This document shows positions 9,367 through 19,692 of a stretch of 64,000 nt of DNA, piece after piece. The DNA lies in the NCBI GenBank assembly GCA_963674865.2, contig CAXXYE010000004.1, positions 640,001-704,000 of the forward strand, given 5' to 3'. The notes under the pieces are model-generated. The model was not told where the DNA came from and did not search any database. It worked only from the letters and a program-made list of their open reading frames with translations. Each line of letters opens with the position of its first letter. The first letter of the stretch is position 1. Source of the DNA: Candidatus Hydrogenedentota bacterium (GTDB taxonomy: Bacteria > Hydrogenedentota > Hydrogenedentia > Hydrogenedentales > SLHB01). Position numbers and translations under genes: made by a program.

Positions 9367-10350
9367 ATGAAGAACGTCACGTTTGTGATCCCGGTGTACA
9401 ACGAGGAGACGGCCCTGCCGGAACTCTTCGCGGAGTTGACGGCGTTCTTCGAGGATTCGGATGGCCTCGCCTTTGAGGCCGTTCTCGTGGACGACGGCAG
9501 CACGGATCGCTCGTGGCGACTCATCCACGAGCAGCATGCCAAGGACTCGCGTTTCCGCGCCGTGCGGCTCTCGCGCAACTTCGGCCACCAAACGGCCTTG
9601 ACGGCCGGCCTCGACCTCGCGGAGGGCGACGCCGTCATCGTCATGGACGCCGACCTCCAGGATCCGCTCGACGTCGCCGGCGAGATGCTCGACGCCTGGC
9701 GCGCGGGCCACGACGTAGTCTACGGCCAACGCGAGGCGCGTGAGGGGGAAGGCTGGATCAAGCGGAGCGCCGCCTTCGCCTTCTACCGCTTCATGAAACT
9801 CATCACGCGCGATCCCACCCCGCGCGATGTGGGCGACTTCTACCTCCTCAGCCGGCAAGCGCTCACCGAGCTGCGCCGCATGCGCGAGCACAACCGCTAT
9901 CTGCGCGGCATGGTGTTCTGGCTGGGCTTCGACCGCAAATGCATCCGATACCGCCGCCGCGTCCGCGCCAGCGGGACAACCAAGTACCGCGTCCGCGACA
10001 TGGTGTCCTTCGCCATCGATGGCATTCTGTCCAGCTCAGGCTATCCCTTGGTTGTCTCAGCGTATGCCGGTGTGTTCATCGCCCTCATCAGCTCGCTCTT
10101 GGCCTTTCGGGCGCTCTTTGTCCGCATGACGAATCCCAACTTCGCCAAGGTCGCTTCAGGTTGGACCTCGATCTTCATCCTCGTCCTGTTCATGGGCGGC
10201 GTCCAACTCACTACCATGGGCGTCATCGGCCTCTACCTTTCCCGCGTGTACAACCAGGTCAAGAATCGCCCCCTCTACATCCTCCGCGATATGTGCGGTA
10301 CATCACCATCCGCCGGCGAAGAGCCGCCGGCTGACAGCCCTTCGGAATAG
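9367..10350 (+). CDS. GT2 polyprenol-phosphate glycosyltransferase (GtrB/ArnC-like)
   Basis: IPVYNE, VDDGSTD, SRNFGHQ, MDADLQDP, two C-terminal TM helices, RPLY. Confidence 0.92.
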   Translation: MKNVTFVIPVYNEETALPELFAELTAFFEDSDGLAFEAVLVDDGSTDRSWRLIHEQHAKDSRFRAVRLSRNFGHQTALTAGLDLAEGDAVIVMDADLQDPLDVAGEMLDAWRAGHDVVYGQREAREGEGWIKRSAAFAFYRFMKLITRDPTPRDVGDFYLLSRQALTELRRMREHNRYLRGMVFWLGFDRKCIRYRRRVRASGTTKYRVRDMVSFAIDGILSSSGYPLVVSAYAGVFIALISSLLAFRALFVRMTNPNFAKVASGWTSIFILVLFMGGVQLTTMGVIGLYLSRVYNQVKNRPLYILRDMCGTSPSAGEEPPADSPSE

Positions 10351-10377
10351 GGGCCACGACTTGTGACTTATTCGTTT

Positions 10378-10439
10378 GCGGAAAACGGGGACTGACACAA
10401 GCGAAGCGGAGCGCAGACGTGTCTGTCCCCCTTTTCCGC
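10378..10439. repeat. Palindromic REP-like element (GGGACTGACAC...GTGTCTGTCCC family)
   Basis: GCGGAAAACGGGGACTGACAC-AAGCGAAGCGGAGCGCAGAC-GTGTCTGTCCCCCTTTTCCGC; related copies near 47217, 51093 and 51277. Confidence 0.85.
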
Positions 10440-10519
10440 TCTGGCACATCCTCAATCGTTAGTAGCTCAGGATTGATTCATCCCACCAGGTAAACGGTGT
10501 GGGGGAGGGGAGACGCTCA

Positions 10520-10633
10520 ATGACGCTTTGGACATTCGTATTCGCCACCGACATCCACGTGGGATCGCCACGCCTCGCTCCGCGATTCACGCCGTGCGAC
10601 GTTTGCAGGCGCACGCGCATCTGTGTAGCATGA
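10520..10633 (+). pseudogene. Possible truncated metallophosphoesterase 5' remnant (37 aa)
   Basis: G-rich RBS, then MTLWTFVFATDIHVGSPR (beta strand plus DxH motif I), then early TGA. Confidence 0.45.
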
Positions 10634-10685
10634 GGCCCTTCCGAAGGCCACTGGCCAAGATCTGAACCAAGCCGAGAGAGGGCCG

Positions 10686-12263
10686 ATGCCTGCGAAACCT
10701 GTCGCTCATTGGAAACTGACGGGAGACTGCCGGGACTCGTCCGGCAACGGGCATCATGGGTGCAATCGCGGCGCCGCACTTGCCGCGGATGGCGCGCATT
10801 TCGACGGACGCACCGCGTGGATTGAAGTTCCTGATGCGCCTGCCCTTCACTTCAGCGACGCAGACTTCTCCATCGCCGCCTGGGAGCACACAGCCGGACT
10901 GCTCGACGATAACCTGGGCGACATCCTCGGCAAGTTCGATCCCGCCTCTCGCAAAGGCTTCAACTTCTGCATTCAGAACTTCCACGGCGTCACTTCAGGC
11001 CAGCCCAATCTCCGCAATGTCTTCTTCGGCATCGATGATGGCCGCGCTCCTCGCGGCTGGGAGGATTGCGGACGGCCGGGCGATAGTCTCATGGTGTGGG
11101 CCTTGTGCGTCTATCAAGGCGCGCTCTACGTGGGAACCTTCGAAACCGGCAGGGAGCAGGCCGGCCACGTCTATCGATACGACGGCGACACATCCTGGAC
11201 GGACTGCGGCAGCCCTCACCCCAGCAACGCGATCACGTCGCTCGCCGTGCATGAAGGCCGATTGTACGCGGCCGCATCCCACTACCGCGCCGCGGGCTCC
11301 TCAATAGCCGAATCAGAGAACGTCGTCCCCGGCGGGCGAGTCTTCCGATATGAGGGCGGAACGGCGTGGAGCGATTGCGGCCAACTTGGTGAAGCGGAAG
11401 CCGTCGGCGGAATGGCCGTCTACAAAGGGCGGCTCTATGCCTCGTCCATGTACGCCCCCGCCGGCCTCTTTCGATACGAAGGCGGTACGTCCTGGTTCCA
11501 CTGCGGCCATCCGGGGGGACGCGTCGAAGCGCTCGCCCTTCACGACGGCCACCTCTACGGCTCGGGCTGGGATCAACATCGTCCCGGCGTCTACCGATTC
11601 GACGGGCCCGGCGCGTGGGCCGACTGCGGCGCGCCGCCTGATACGACACAAACCTACTCCTTCGCCATGTACCAAGGCCGGCTCCACGCGGGCACCTGGC
11701 CATCAGGCAGAGTATTCGACTATGCAGGCGGGCGCTGGCAGGATTGCGGACGCCTGGGCGAGGAGGAAGAAGTCATGGGCCTCGCCGTCTACAACGGCAA
11801 ACTCTACGGCGGCACACTGCCTCTCGCGGAGGTCTACCGCTACGAGAACGACGGCGCTTGGATCTCCACCGGCCAACTCGACACTACGGAAGGCGTGCGG
11901 TACCGGCGCGCGTGGTCGATGGCCGTGTACGACGGCAAGCTCTTCTGCGGAACGCTCCCCGCCGGCCGCGTCTACGCACTCCAGGCCGGCCAGGCCGTCA
12001 CCCACGATCACGAACTCCCCCCGGGCTGGCAGCATCTCGCCGCCGTGCGGCGCGCGGGCGCACTCGAACTGTACGTCAACGGGCGCCGCGTGGCTGTTTC
12101 GCCTCCAGGAAAAGACGGATTCGACATCTCGAACACCGAATCCCTGACTCTGGGATTCGGCGCCCATGACTATTTCAACGGAAGCCTGAAGGACGTGCGC
12201 ATCTATGCCCACGCCCTGGCGCAAGACGAGTTGCCGGCCATCATGAACGAGTCGGCCCCGTAA
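10686..12263 (+). CDS. LamG-like jelly-roll protein with an inserted beta-propeller
   Basis: LamG motifs at both ends (VAHWKL..DSSGNGHHG; WQHLAAV..LYVNG..FNGSLKDVRIY) flank about 7 repeats of AVYxGxLY..VYRY..WxDCG. Confidence 0.8.
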   Translation: MPAKPVAHWKLTGDCRDSSGNGHHGCNRGAALAADGAHFDGRTAWIEVPDAPALHFSDADFSIAAWEHTAGLLDDNLGDILGKFDPASRKGFNFCIQNFHGVTSGQPNLRNVFFGIDDGRAPRGWEDCGRPGDSLMVWALCVYQGALYVGTFETGREQAGHVYRYDGDTSWTDCGSPHPSNAITSLAVHEGRLYAAASHYRAAGSSIAESENVVPGGRVFRYEGGTAWSDCGQLGEAEAVGGMAVYKGRLYASSMYAPAGLFRYEGGTSWFHCGHPGGRVEALALHDGHLYGSGWDQHRPGVYRFDGPGAWADCGAPPDTTQTYSFAMYQGRLHAGTWPSGRVFDYAGGRWQDCGRLGEEEEVMGLAVYNGKLYGGTLPLAEVYRYENDGAWISTGQLDTTEGVRYRRAWSMAVYDGKLFCGTLPAGRVYALQAGQAVTHDHELPPGWQHLAAVRRAGALELYVNGRRVAVSPPGKDGFDISNTESLTLGFGAHDYFNGSLKDVRIYAHALAQDELPAIMNESAP

Positions 12264-12286
12264 CCACCCGCAAGGAGGTATTGCGC

Positions 12287-13495
12287 ATGCGTCTTTGGAT
12301 CCTGTCGTGCATCGTGATGTGCCTGGCCTTAGCCCTTTCCTTGGCCGCGGGAGCCGATACGAAGGCCGTCACCGACGAGGAGTACATCGCCCTCTTCCGC
12401 AAACACTTCAAGCCGGTGGAAGTACCTCCGCTCCTGGATACCTACGCCTCCGTGCGCCGATACGACGCGCTCTACATGGGCAAGAACCTGGAGGCCGCTC
12501 TGGCCGACGTCAACAACGATCAAGGCGCACTGGCCTGGGCCTTCTCGCGGCGCCTTGAATCCCTCAACGATATGTACCGCGTCACCGGCGATACGAAATA
12601 CCTCGAAGCCAATCTCCGCTGCATTCGCGCCACCCTCGCCGCTACCGATGACAAACGCGGCCTGAGGCTCTGGACGGGCGCCACCGTACCCGCGTGGGGA
12701 TGCGATAAGTACGCCAAGCGCGGCAGGGCCCTCTTCGCCGTCCACACCGGCATCATCACCGCGCCAATGTTCGATTTTCTCGTCCTCGCGAAAACCGAAC
12801 CCGCCTTCCTTCAGTCACTGGGCAAGGAGTTCGACACTATCCTCGAAGGAGCCACCGACGCCCTCGCCACCCATCACACGCAATGGCGATACGGCCCCGG
12901 AAAGCGCGAGGGCCACTACATCGGCCTGGATCAGGAGGAGGTCTGCGAGAACAGGCCCCTTCCCGGGAACCGCTTGGCGGCGATGGGCTGGGCGCTCTGG
13001 CTCTCTTGGAAGGCCTCCGGCGACAAAGTTCACCGCGATCGCGCCCTAGCCTTGGGACGCTACATCAAGAACCGCCTCACGCGCGGCAAGGACGGCGCCT
13101 ATTACTGGCCCTACTGGCTTCCCGGGGAGCCCGTCAAGAAGCGTCTGCCGCGCACCGCCGTCGAAGGCGAGGATACATCGCATGCCGGCCTGACCATGGT
13201 GTTTCCCTTCACGCTCGCGGCCGACGGCAAGATCTTCGACAAGGGCGACCTTGAGCGTATCGGCAAGACGGTGACGAATGGATTCGCCCGCCTCGGTGAC
13301 GGCATTCTGGTGAGTCGTATCACCGGCACCACCGAACTGCCGCCTTCCTACGTGGGCAATCCCGCCCGATGGCTGGCTATTGCGGAGGTCTGCCCTGAGA
13401 TCCGCGAGCCGATTCTCGCGTTCTACCTGAATTACAGGTCCACGCCCAATCCCAGCGAGCTTGCCTTGCTCATGCGTTACGCCAAGCCTGAGTGA
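12287..13495 (+). CDS. Secreted hypothetical protein, possibly an alpha/alpha-barrel carbohydrate-active enzyme
   Basis: AGGAGG RBS, signal peptide, repeated MYRVTGDTKYL and SWKASGDKVHRDRA helical-hairpin motifs. Confidence 0.65.
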   Translation: MRLWILSCIVMCLALALSLAAGADTKAVTDEEYIALFRKHFKPVEVPPLLDTYASVRRYDALYMGKNLEAALADVNNDQGALAWAFSRRLESLNDMYRVTGDTKYLEANLRCIRATLAATDDKRGLRLWTGATVPAWGCDKYAKRGRALFAVHTGIITAPMFDFLVLAKTEPAFLQSLGKEFDTILEGATDALATHHTQWRYGPGKREGHYIGLDQEEVCENRPLPGNRLAAMGWALWLSWKASGDKVHRDRALALGRYIKNRLTRGKDGAYYWPYWLPGEPVKKRLPRTAVEGEDTSHAGLTMVFPFTLAADGKIFDKGDLERIGKTVTNGFARLGDGILVSRITGTTELPPSYVGNPARWLAIAEVCPEIREPILAFYLNYRSTPNPSELALLMRYAKPE

Positions 13496-15432
13496 ACACG
13501 ATGCGCGCCCGACGAGTCCGAAGCCGCAAAGCCCGTGATGCACGAGTTCTCGTGTATGCGGCGCTGCTTGCCGCCGCGCTCGCGTTCACTCACGCCGCCG
13601 CGGCCTACCAGGAAGCGCCGCAACTCACCGACCTTGTCGCCGAAGGCAAGCTACCTCCCGTCGAGAAGCGCCTGCCCGAAAACCCGGCCATCGTCGAGCC
13701 CGTCAACCAGATCGGCATCTACGGAGGCACGTGGCGAAAGCTCGCCATGGGCGCCCTCGATATGCAGTTGAGCAGCCGCATGGCTTACGAGCCGCTCGTG
13801 CGCTGGGATCGCACCGGCCGGCGCGTCGTCCCAGGTTTGGCCGAAAGCTGGGAGATTCACGACGAGGGCAAGACCTACGTGTTCCATCTTCGCAAGGGTC
13901 TCCGGTGGTCCGACGGCCATCCCTTCACCTCGGAGGACTTCCTATTCCGCCACGAAGACATTCACCTCAACAAGACGCTCACGCCGGTGTTTCCGTCATG
14001 GCTGGCCATCGGCGGCACGCCGTGCGACGTCATGGCGCCCGATCCCTACACCGTCGTGTTCCAGTTCACGCAGCCTTACGGCGTGTTTCTCGAATACCTG
14101 GCCTTTCGCGGGAACTTCGTTTACAGCCCGAAGCACTACCTCAAACAGTTCCATCCCCGCTACACGGATGAGGAGACGCTTGTCAGGCGCGCCAAGGAGG
14201 CCGGGGTCGACTTATGGCAGCGCGTCTTCTCCCAGAGGACCCTCCCCAACGAGAATCCCGAGCTGCCCGTTATGACTCCCTGGAAGCTCACGGTGCCCCC
14301 GCCGGCCAGCCGCACCATCGCGGAGCGCAATCCCTATTACTGGAAAGTCGACCCCGCCGGCAATCAGCTCCCCTACATCGACCGCGTCGTCTTCACGGAT
14401 GTTCAGAGCAAGGAGATTCTCAATTTCAAGGCCATGGCGGGCGAGGTAGACTTCCAGGCCCGCCGCATCGATTCCGCCAACTACACCCTCTTCATGGAGA
14501 ATAGGAAGCAAGGCGGTTATCGCGTGCTGCGGGACCCGGGCGCCGTGATTGTCGTGGTCTACATCAACCAATACAGCCGGGACCCCGAACTGAGGCCCCT
14601 GCTCCAAGACAAACGCTTCCGCATCGCCCTCTCCGCAGCCGTCAATCGCGATGAACTCATCGACCTCATCTATTCAGGCTTGGCCCAGCCGTCCCGGGGC
14701 GTCGGCACGCCCCACGATCCGTACTACCTGCCGGAATTCGACGAGAAATACATCGACTACGACCCCGCTCTGGCCAATCAACTCCTTGACGAGCTCGGCA
14801 TGGCCCGCGGAAGGAACGGCCTGCGCCGCCTTCCCAACGGCAAGCCCTTCCGCCAGATCATGAACGTCTACCCTTCGGAAACCGGCACGGGCGCCGATCA
14901 ATGGCAATTGGTGGCCGACTACTGGCGCGAGGTGGGACTCGACTTCGTCGTGAAGTTCGACGCCGCGTCGCTCAGCGTCATGCAAGTCTGCAACGGCAAC
15001 AGCGATTTCTGGGCCTACGCCGCCTCCGGCCTCCATTGGGCCGCCGACCCGCTCTGGTACGTGCCGTGGCAAAGCAGCAGCTATTTCGCCCCGCTCTACG
15101 GCCGCTACCAGTCAAGCGGCGGCAAGAGCGGCGTAAAGCCCTCTCCGGAATTCCAGCGCCTCATAGACACCTACCTCGAACTTCGCGCCAGCGTGGGCGA
15201 CAAAGAGCGCAAACGCCAACTCGGCCATGCCATCCTCCGCCAATGGGCCGAGGAATGCTACACCGTCGGCATTTGTATCCCCGAGCTTCTAGCCATTGTC
15301 TCGAATCGCTTCAAGAACGTGCCCAACCACATCATCCACAGCTATCAGGTGATGTCGCCGGGATACATCGGCGTCGAGCAGTTCTACATCGACGAATCGG
15401 ACACGGCCCAGCCCGCCGAGGCGGGAGGATGA
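13492..15432 (+). CDS. ABC transporter substrate-binding protein, family 5
   Basis: GKLPPVEKRLPENP, IGIYGG, LRKGLRWSDGHPFT, ERNPYYWKVD..GNQLPYID; resembles the oligosaccharide-binding subgroup. Confidence 0.95.
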   Translation: MNTMRARRVRSRKARDARVLVYAALLAAALAFTHAAAAYQEAPQLTDLVAEGKLPPVEKRLPENPAIVEPVNQIGIYGGTWRKLAMGALDMQLSSRMAYEPLVRWDRTGRRVVPGLAESWEIHDEGKTYVFHLRKGLRWSDGHPFTSEDFLFRHEDIHLNKTLTPVFPSWLAIGGTPCDVMAPDPYTVVFQFTQPYGVFLEYLAFRGNFVYSPKHYLKQFHPRYTDEETLVRRAKEAGVDLWQRVFSQRTLPNENPELPVMTPWKLTVPPPASRTIAERNPYYWKVDPAGNQLPYIDRVVFTDVQSKEILNFKAMAGEVDFQARRIDSANYTLFMENRKQGGYRVLRDPGAVIVVVYINQYSRDPELRPLLQDKRFRIALSAAVNRDELIDLIYSGLAQPSRGVGTPHDPYYLPEFDEKYIDYDPALANQLLDELGMARGRNGLRRLPNGKPFRQIMNVYPSETGTGADQWQLVADYWREVGLDFVVKFDAASLSVMQVCNGNSDFWAYAASGLHWAADPLWYVPWQSSSYFAPLYGRYQSSGGKSGVKPSPEFQRLIDTYLELRASVGDKERKRQLGHAILRQWAEECYTVGICIPELLAIVSNRFKNVPNHIIHSYQVMSPGYIGVEQFYIDESDTAQPAEAGG

Positions 15433-15439
15433 CGCGACT

Positions 15440-16435
15440 ATGATGACTTACATCCTTCGCCGCGTCCTCATGATGATCCCCACGCTATTCATCATCTCCG
15501 TGATTTCCTTCGCCATCATCCAACTCCCGCCCGGCGATTACCTGACAACCTACGTCGCCAACCTGGCACAGACGGGCGAACAAGCCACGCAAGCCGAAAT
15601 CGCCAGTCTCCGCGCGCAATACAGCCTCGATAAGCCGATCTACGTCCAGTACATCAAGTGGATGGGAGGCGTCCTGCACGGGGACTTTGGCCAGTCCTTC
15701 TCCCTCAACAAGCCCGTCAAAGACCTCATCTGGGAGCGCCTCGGCCTCACCGTCGCCATCTCGCTCATCACGATTCTCTTCACCTGGGCCGTCGCCGTCC
15801 CCATCGGCATCTACTCCGCCACGCATCAGTACTCCTTCTTCGATTACCTGTTCACCCTCATGGGCTTCATCGGCATGGCAACGCCCGCCTTCTCCCTCGC
15901 ACTCATCCTGATGTACATCTCCTACCGCGTTTTCGGAACGGGAGTGGGGGGGCTGTTCTCGGAAATGTACATGGACGCGCCGTGGTCCTTCGCAAAGGCG
16001 CTGGATCTGCTCAAGCACCTGTGGGTGCCGGTTCTCGTCCTGGGCATCGGCGGCACGGCCGGCCTCATCCGCCAGGTACGCGCCAATCTCCTCGATCAAC
16101 TTGAGATGCCCTACGTCGTCACCGCCCGCGCCAAAGGCCTCGCGGAGTGGCGGCTCCTCGTCAAATATCCCGTACGCATCGCCATCAATCCCATGGTGAG
16201 CACGCTGGGATGGATGCTTCCGCAGCTCGTCTCCGGCTCGGTGATCGTCGCCATGGTACTCAGCCTGCCGACCACCGGCCCGCTCATGCTCAACGCCCTC
16301 ATGGATCAGGACATGTACCTCGCGGGCACGTTTGTCATGATGCTCAGTGTGCTCACCGTCATCGGCACGCTGATCTCCGACATCCTCCTCGCCTGGGTGG
16401 ATCCCCGCATCCGATTTGAGAGGCAGCAGACATGA
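15440..16435 (+). CDS. ABC transporter permease (DppB/OppB-like)
   Basis: GDFGQSF, YVVTARAKGL EAA loop, multiple TM helices. Confidence 0.95.
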   Translation: MMTYILRRVLMMIPTLFIISVISFAIIQLPPGDYLTTYVANLAQTGEQATQAEIASLRAQYSLDKPIYVQYIKWMGGVLHGDFGQSFSLNKPVKDLIWERLGLTVAISLITILFTWAVAVPIGIYSATHQYSFFDYLFTLMGFIGMATPAFSLALILMYISYRVFGTGVGGLFSEMYMDAPWSFAKALDLLKHLWVPVLVLGIGGTAGLIRQVRANLLDQLEMPYVVTARAKGLAEWRLLVKYPVRIAINPMVSTLGWMLPQLVSGSVIVAMVLSLPTTGPLMLNALMDQDMYLAGTFVMMLSVLTVIGTLISDILLAWVDPRIRFERQQT

Positions 16436-17547
16436 ACGGCGCGGACAACACGGGACAAGTCCCCGAGGAATCGCGCTACCTAGCGTCGCAGTGGCGTTTG
16501 ATGTGGTGGCGATTCCTCGATCACCGGCTGGCCGTCGTGTCCATGGTCGTCGTCGGATTGCTCTACTTCATCGCGATCTTCTGCGAGTTCTTCGCCCCGG
16601 CCGCGCCTAACATCCGCAACGCGACGCGTAGTTTCGCGCCCCCACAGCGGATTCACATCATCCACGAGGGGCGCCTTCGCCGGCCCTTCGTGTATCCTCA
16701 GATTCAGAACGTCAATCCGGAGACTCTGGCCCGCACCTATTCGCAGGATACGTCCAAGCCCCAAAGTATTCACTTCCTCGTAAAAGGCGCCCCCTACCGG
16801 CTCTGGAGACTCATCCCGATGGACCGCCACCTTTTCGGACTGGCCGACGGCCGTCCCCTCCGCCTCCTCGGAGCGGATCGGCTGGGGCGCGACCTCCTTA
16901 GCCGCATCATCTACGGCAGCCGCATCTCCTTGTCCCTCGGCCTCGTCGGCGTAGCCGTCAGCCTCATCCTCGGCATCATCATTGGCGGCATCTCCGGCTA
17001 TTACGGCGGCATGATCGATAACCTCATCCAGCGCTTCATCGAGATCCTCCGCTCGTTCCCCACCATCCCCCTGTGGCTTGCTCTATCCGCGGCCATGCCC
17101 GCCACGTGGTCGCCCGTGAGAGTCTACTTCTGCATGACCCTCATCATCGCCCTCATCGGATGGACCGGCCTCGCCCGCGTTGTGCGCGGCAAGATCCTCG
17201 CCCTGCGCGAAGAGGATTACGCCCTGGCCGCACGCGTCGCCGGCGTCAAGGAATTCACCATCATCATGCGCCATCTCGTCCCCGGCTTCGCCAGCCACCT
17301 CATCGTCAGCGTCACGCTGGCCATCCCCGGCATGATCCTCGCCGAGACCTCCCTCAGCTTTCTCCGGCTCGGCTTGCGGCCGCCCACCATCAGTTGGGGC
17401 GTGTTGCTCCAGGACGCGCAGAACATCAACGCACTCGCGCTCTATCCGTGGCTGATGTCGCCGATTGTGTTCGTGATCGTCACCGTACTCATGTTCAACT
17501 TCCTGGGAGACGGACTCCGTGACGCCGCCGACCCGTATAGCCATTAA
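16432..17547 (+). CDS. ABC transporter permease (DppC/OppC-like)
   Basis: LLGADRLGRDLLSRIIYGSRISL; FNFLGDGLRDAADP. Confidence 0.95.
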   Translation: MNGADNTGQVPEESRYLASQWRLMWWRFLDHRLAVVSMVVVGLLYFIAIFCEFFAPAAPNIRNATRSFAPPQRIHIIHEGRLRRPFVYPQIQNVNPETLARTYSQDTSKPQSIHFLVKGAPYRLWRLIPMDRHLFGLADGRPLRLLGADRLGRDLLSRIIYGSRISLSLGLVGVAVSLILGIIIGGISGYYGGMIDNLIQRFIEILRSFPTIPLWLALSAAMPATWSPVRVYFCMTLIIALIGWTGLARVVRGKILALREEDYALAARVAGVKEFTIIMRHLVPGFASHLIVSVTLAIPGMILAETSLSFLRLGLRPPTISWGVLLQDAQNINALALYPWLMSPIVFVIVTVLMFNFLGDGLRDAADPYSH

Positions 17548-17561
17548 CACGCGGGAGAACC

Positions 17562-18596
17562 GTGAACAATCTGCTTGAAATAGAGGACCTCGAGGTCAAG
17601 TTCTTTCTCAAGGAAGGCGCCGTCTCGGCCGTCAACGGCGTTTCCCTCGACGTCCCGAAGAACCGCACCCTGGGCCTCGTCGGCGAAAGCGGATGCGGCA
17701 AGAGCATCACGGCGCGCGCCATCCTTCGCATCATCCCGCCCACAGGCCGCATCACCCACGGCAGGATCCTGCTCACGCCGCGCAACGACGCCCAAGCCCC
17801 CCTCGACCTGGCCCGGCTCGACGGCGGCGGCCCCGATATGCGGCGGATTCGCGGCGGCGATATATCCATGGTATTTCAGGAGCCCATGACGTCGCTCTCG
17901 CCAGTGCACACCATCGGCAACCAGATAGGGGAGGGGATACGGCTCCATCGCAAGGCCACGAAGCAGGAGGCCCGCGACCAAGCCGTGGAGATGCTGCGCC
18001 TCGTGGGCGTGCCCATGCCGGAACGCCGCGTGCATGCCTATCCTCACGAGCTGTCCGGCGGACTGCGCCAACGCGCCATGATCGCCATGGCCCTCGCCTG
18101 CCGTCCCCGCCTGCTCATCGCGGACGAGCCGACCACTGCCCTGGACGTCACCATCCAGGCGCAGATCCTCGACCTCATGAGGCGGCTTCAACGGGAACTC
18201 GGCATGTCCGTCATGATCATCACGCACGATCTTGGCGTCGTGGCCGAAATGGCCGATGAGGTCGCCGTGATGTACCTGGGCCGCATTGTCGAGCGCGGCC
18301 CCGTCGAGGCCATGTTCTACGACGCCAAACACCCCTACACCCAAGGGCTGCTCGCGTCCGTACCACGCATCGGAAAGGGGAGCGAAACCAGGCTCGCCTC
18401 GATTCCCGGAAGCGTGCCCGACGCCTTCACCATTCCACGGGGATGCCCCTTTCACCCCCGGTGCCGCGCATGTGTCAAAGGAACCTGCGATATGGGCCGC
18501 GCGCCCACCCTTCGGCGCGTCGGCCCCGATCATGCGGTAGCCTGCGTCCTCTATCCGGAAGGCGACTCGGAGGAAACCGGGGGAGATGGGCCATGA
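17562..18596 (+). CDS. ABC transporter ATP-binding protein (DppD/OppD-like)
   Basis: [39 protein letters not shown]. Confidence 0.95.
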   Translation: MNNLLEIEDLEVKFFLKEGAVSAVNGVSLDVPKNRTLGLVGESGCGKSITARAILRIIPPTGRITHGRILLTPRNDAQAPLDLARLDGGGPDMRRIRGGDISMVFQEPMTSLSPVHTIGNQIGEGIRLHRKATKQEARDQAVEMLRLVGVPMPERRVHAYPHELSGGLRQRAMIAMALACRPRLLIADEPTTALDVTIQAQILDLMRRLQRELGMSVMIITHDLGVVAEMADEVAVMYLGRIVERGPVEAMFYDAKHPYTQGLLASVPRIGKGSETRLASIPGSVPDAFTIPRGCPFHPRCRACVKGTCDMGRAPTLRRVGPDHAVACVLYPEGDSEETGGDGP

Positions 18597-19600
18597 CGGC
18601 GCCGCTGCTCGAAGTTAACGGCCTCAGCAAACATTTCCCCATCACCGCGGGGCTGTTCAAGAAGACCGTCGGGCACATCAAGGCCGTTGACGATGTCGCC
18701 TTCTCGATTGCCTCCGGCGAAACCCTCGGCCTCGTCGGCGAGAGCGGGTGCGGCAAGACGACCACCGGCCGGCTCATCCTGCGCGTCCTCGAGCGCACCG
18801 CCGGCTCGCTCACTTTCCGCCTGGACGGCCAAACCGCCGACCTCGGCGCCCTCGAAGGCGAGAGACTGCGCCGCTTCCGGCGGCACATGCAGCTCATTTT
18901 CCAAGACCCCTTCTCCTCGCTGAATCCGCGCATGACTGTGTTCGACATCATCGCCGAGCCATTGCGCGCCCACGAATTCGGCTCCCGCAACGAGATCCGC
19001 GACCGCGTCCACTGGGCCACCGAAGCCTGCGGACTCCAGAAGGACTTTCTCGGGCGCTATCCCCACGCCTTCAGCGGCGGCCAGCGGCAGCGCATCTGCA
19101 TCGCCCGCGCCCTTGTCCTCAATCCGCGCCTCATCATCTGCGACGAACCCGTCTCCGCCCTCGACGTGTCCGTGCAGGCTCAGATCATCAATCAGTTGAA
19201 GGACCTCCAGCAGCAGTTCGGCCTCGCCTACCTCTTCATCGCCCACGACCTCTCCGTCGTCGAGAACATCAGCGCCCGAGTCGCCGTCATGTACGCGGGA
19301 CGCATCGTGGAACTCGCGCCTACGCGCGCGCTCTTCAGCCGCCCTCGCCACCCTTACACCCAGGCCCTCATGCGTGCCCTTCCCGCCCCGGACCCCAAGG
19401 CCAAGGCCAAACGCATGACCCTCAAAGGCGAGGTAGCCGACCCCTCGGACCTGCCCCCAGGATGCGCCTTCCACCCCCGATGCCCCTACGCCGTGGAGCG
19501 CTGCAAGCTCGAGCGGCCCGCGCTCGACGAACTGACGCTCGGCCATACCGCCGCCTGCCTGCGCGCCGATGAACTTGATCTCGAGGGCGCTGTCCACTGA
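18593..19600 (+). CDS. ABC transporter ATP-binding protein (DppF/OppF-like)
   Basis: ATGA overlap with upstream stop; GESGCGKT, FSGGQRQR, CDEPVSALD, GCAFHPRC. Confidence 0.95.
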   Translation: MTAPLLEVNGLSKHFPITAGLFKKTVGHIKAVDDVAFSIASGETLGLVGESGCGKTTTGRLILRVLERTAGSLTFRLDGQTADLGALEGERLRRFRRHMQLIFQDPFSSLNPRMTVFDIIAEPLRAHEFGSRNEIRDRVHWATEACGLQKDFLGRYPHAFSGGQRQRICIARALVLNPRLIICDEPVSALDVSVQAQIINQLKDLQQQFGLAYLFIAHDLSVVENISARVAVMYAGRIVELAPTRALFSRPRHPYTQALMRALPAPDPKAKAKRMTLKGEVADPSDLPPGCAFHPRCPYAVERCKLERPALDELTLGHTAACLRADELDLEGAVH

Positions 19601-19692
19601 GGTCCACACGACGCACGAAGCTGCCTGACTCGCCTGTTCCAGCCGTGTCAAACACCTTGAAACCATTGATTTTACTATGGTAGAGTATGCGC

